This document shows positions 14,427-16,875 of a DNA stretch of 16,875 nt, one piece after another. A program made the translations under genes and the position numbers. Each line of letters begins with the position of its first letter. Within the stretch, counting starts at the first letter, position 1. This stretch comes from a bacterium (lineage in GTDB: Bacteria > SAR324 > NAC60-12): assembly GCA_965233585.1 (NCBI GenBank), contig CBDDTI010000150.1, positions 1 through 16,875 of the forward strand. Direction: 5' to 3'. The notes under the pieces are model-generated. The model saw only the letters and a list, made by a program, of their open reading frames with translations. It had not been told where the DNA came from and did not search any database.

Positions 14427-14627
14427 GGTGAATTATGCGTTTGGTTTTAACCCGTCAGAAATAAGGAAATATTTTGAATGAATAATAATTAGCAATTACT
14501 GAATGAAGCTGAGCAGGATATGAGAAACATGTTCTACAGATCTAGGAGGGTGTTATTCTGAGGTGGATAACACCCTCGTAGATCTGCAAAATTTTTCATA
14601 TCCTAAGCCGAATTCGATATTGATTTA
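14427..14627 (+). mobile_element. Family F pieces: a 3'-end-like segment (to 14488) followed directly by a 5' hairpin (14489-14627)
   Basis: ...TTTGAATGAATAATAA|TTAGCAATTACTGAA... junction. Hairpin arms AGGATATGA/TCATATCCT and CAGATCTA.GAGGGTGTTAT/ATAACACCCTC.TAGATCTG. Confidence 0.55.
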
Positions 14628-14898
14628 ACTAACCTAAGTTTGTGAAAGATAAGAAGACAACTCAGGTCCAATTTTGAGCAATTTTAAGTGACAAAAGTAT
14701 TATTTCAAATACTATGTCTTAAGATGAAGGTCATGTCGACATCTGAATGAATGAATGGATACCCTTATCTAATGTCTAAATATTATTAACCTGATTAACT
14801 ACACTACATGCATTTAATGGCGCCAAAATTTGAATAACAATACTTATTACATCCTTAGTCTCGTACTTGTGTTTCCAGACAAAGGAATTTTAAAGAAA

Positions 14899-15113
14899 TT
14901 AAGAAATTATTCACCGAAGTGGAGGTAAATATCCCCTACCGACACGAGGTGAATAATAATTGTTTTAGTATATACCACTCAAGCTGGCTAACTAGCGGCC
15001 CAAAAAGTAACTTTACTCGTGAAAATATAGCGACAACAGCATTTTTGTTTTTCTTCAGCTGCTCAAAGGTGAATGGTACTTGGCTAATCACCTCGGAGTT
15101 AGCCAATCAGTGC
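14899..15113 (+). mobile_element. Double-hairpin family G, internally deleted and 3'-truncated
   Basis: TTAAGAAATTATTCACC pairs with GGTGAATAAT. Same junction core AATTGTTTTAGTAT as family D. AGCCAATCAG at about 15101-15110. Confidence 0.6.
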
Positions 15114-15960
15114 ACCAGCTTGGTCCATGTGGATCAGTTGTTGCTAATCCCATAATTTATTGACTCGTACCTAGTCCTTCACGGTTTTAAAACAGGAAAT
15201 GGTCGTTCTATCGGGCAGCCATGCACTTCATGTGTGCATGTGACGTCATCAAATCCAAAACTGAAGAGCCACTAAAGGTTTTATCCTCATCAGGCATAAG
15301 AGGTACTAAATTTATACCTGTTTACAACAGTCCAGCTCAATAGCATCCTTCGTTTGGAAACCAACACATTGAATTTCGAAGTTATGGCGGTGCGTGACAT
15401 AACGCGAAGATCGCTTTTGTCGAAAAATATACACTTATCTCTTGATTTTTGGTCATTTTAGGAGTTTTTTTTTGTACATATTCTTTGGTTCGTTTTAGAT
15501 AATCAGCCGACTAGATAGCTAAAGTAAGTTCCAGATGTTTACACTATTTACCAACATGGGCAGCCGTCACCGCCAAAAATACAAACGTTTCAAATAATTT
15601 AGAATCAATTGAAACGGTCTAATTGTTCTTTTCAAGAAGGTCCAAACATTTCAGAAATGATGAAGTTAAAATGCACTTAGACAGGTGTCCTGCGGTCAAG
15701 TGGAAAACTCAACTGATAAATTGTTTAGACAGTGTTAAAATTGTCTAGTCCTCTACCACAAAACGGTACAACAAACCCACTAACGATCTGTCCTAAACAA
15801 AAATAATTCAGCTTTCCTTTATAAAACGGTGCAGACTAAGGTGAATTGGTTTAACTGCACAACAATGAACGGTTTAGCATAGAAAGAAATGGAGTAACCT
15901 TAGGGCAGATAGATTAGCGAAAACTGATTTGGTTTAGCTTTACTGCATCAAATGGCTCGG

Positions 15961-16320
15961 TGTACAGCAAATTGGTTTAGCTTACAGTGGATTGGCCTAG
16001 CAAGTTTTAAATTGATTTAGCGTATTGTGAATTGGCTTAGCCTGTTGTTAACTGGTTTAGCCTATTGTTAACTGGTTTAGCGTATTGTGGATTGGCCTAG
16101 CATATTTTGATTTAGTTTAGCGTACTGTGGATTGGTTTAGCTTATTGTTCATTGGTTTAGCGTATTGTGGATTGGCCTAGCTTTTTTTGAATCGGTTTAG
16201 TGTATTCCGAATTGGTTTAACCTATTGTGAATTGGTTTAGCGTATTGCGGATTTGCCTAGCGTATTTGGAATTTTTTTAGCGTATTGTGGATTCGTTTAG
16301 CCTATTGTTAATTGGTTCAG
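15961..16320. repeat. 20-bp minisatellite, 18 units, consensus about CGTATTGTGRATTGGTTTAG, with degenerate flanking units from about 15600 to 16520
   Basis: Exact 20-bp phase with no indels across 360 bp; flanks carry recurrent AAAYGGYTTAG-like motifs. Confidence 0.92.
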
Positions 16321-16779
16321 TAACGTGAAACACGGTTCTGAGAGCAGTGTGAAATGGCTTATTTTATCTGCAAATGATTAATCGTGAAGTGTAATGGTCT
16401 AGCATAGCATTCATCAGCTTACCGAAATGTAAAACGGTTTAGAGTTACCCCAAATGTCTTAGCGTGACGGTAAATGGCTTAATAGAAAGCGAAATGGTTT
16501 AGTGTTACAACAAATGGCTTGCGCCAGAACCGCCAAAAATACAAAAGTGAAATGGACAAGTCAAGCTTGAAATGGAATAGTCTATGTGGGGTCTTACGTC
16601 ACAACCAATACGTCATTTAGATAAATTTCGGCGCGAAATTTGCCCGAAGGAGGTTTTTACCGCTCCGTGCACAGGTCGGGAACAGCTTATTTCCTCCAAT
16701 GCCGCCTCGTTTACTCAAATCAGCGATCCTTACTCCGGCCAGTCTTTAATTGAGTGTCGAACAGGGGTATTCTCGTGAT

Positions 16780-16875
16780 GAGTGATCAGCTGATTTTTAT
16801 TATCCGTGAAACGTGAATTTAGGAATTATTCTTCTTGACTCGTGACCCGAAGGTTTTGCGTGACCCGTGGAGAAC
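16780..16875. repeat. Probable start of another MITE-like repeat with CGTGA motifs, running off the window
   Basis: CGTGA occurs four times within about 65 bp, plus CGTGG. No second end is visible. Confidence 0.35.

Noticed and set aside
15213..15565. GGGCAGCC direct repeat (15213-15220, 15558-15565) as an 8-bp TSD
   Set aside because: No TIRs are visible just inside the repeats. The enclosed DNA looks like a decayed repeat fragment, and the match cannot be separated from chance.
15961..16320. CRISPR-like regular array
   Set aside because: Units are contiguous 20-mers that all resemble one consensus, with no unique spacers and no cas genes, in a eukaryotic intron-containing context.
16584..16778. 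CpG-rich stretch with CCAAT and two TACGTCA motifs as a promoter or first exon
   Set aside because: No downstream gene is visible in the window, the 64-aa ORF has no recognisable features, and such motifs are common in the local repeats.

Overview
AT-rich, intron-containing eukaryotic DNA; the repeat style suggests a marine invertebrate, probably an anthozoan or coral (inference only). It holds two protein-coding features, both on the + strand: the terminal exon of a kelch-repeat gene (1174-1598) and a complete three-exon TMPPE-like membrane metallophosphoesterase gene (8377-9166, 10730-10895, 11189-11522; 429 aa). The rest is largely short non-autonomous transposons, often nested: hAT-like, piggyBac-like, Harbinger-like and a foldback element with a 9-bp target-site duplication (TSD), plus a 20-bp minisatellite. 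The most unusual signal is a set of at least six largely sequence-unrelated non-coding families of about 300-500 bp sharing one architecture, A...A'B...B' (four complete or nearly complete, two partial). An internal junction is complementary to both termini, as in the DIRS1 internal complementary region. Their hairpins carry GNA triloops and tandem GA/GA mismatches on one strand only, most have a CCAAT box near the 3' end, and where the host site can be checked they insert without a TSD. This suggests a folded single-stranded, circularising intermediate, possibly mobilised by a tyrosine recombinase of Crypton or DIRS type. No mobilising enzyme is encoded in the window. Family letters (A-I) are my own labels.
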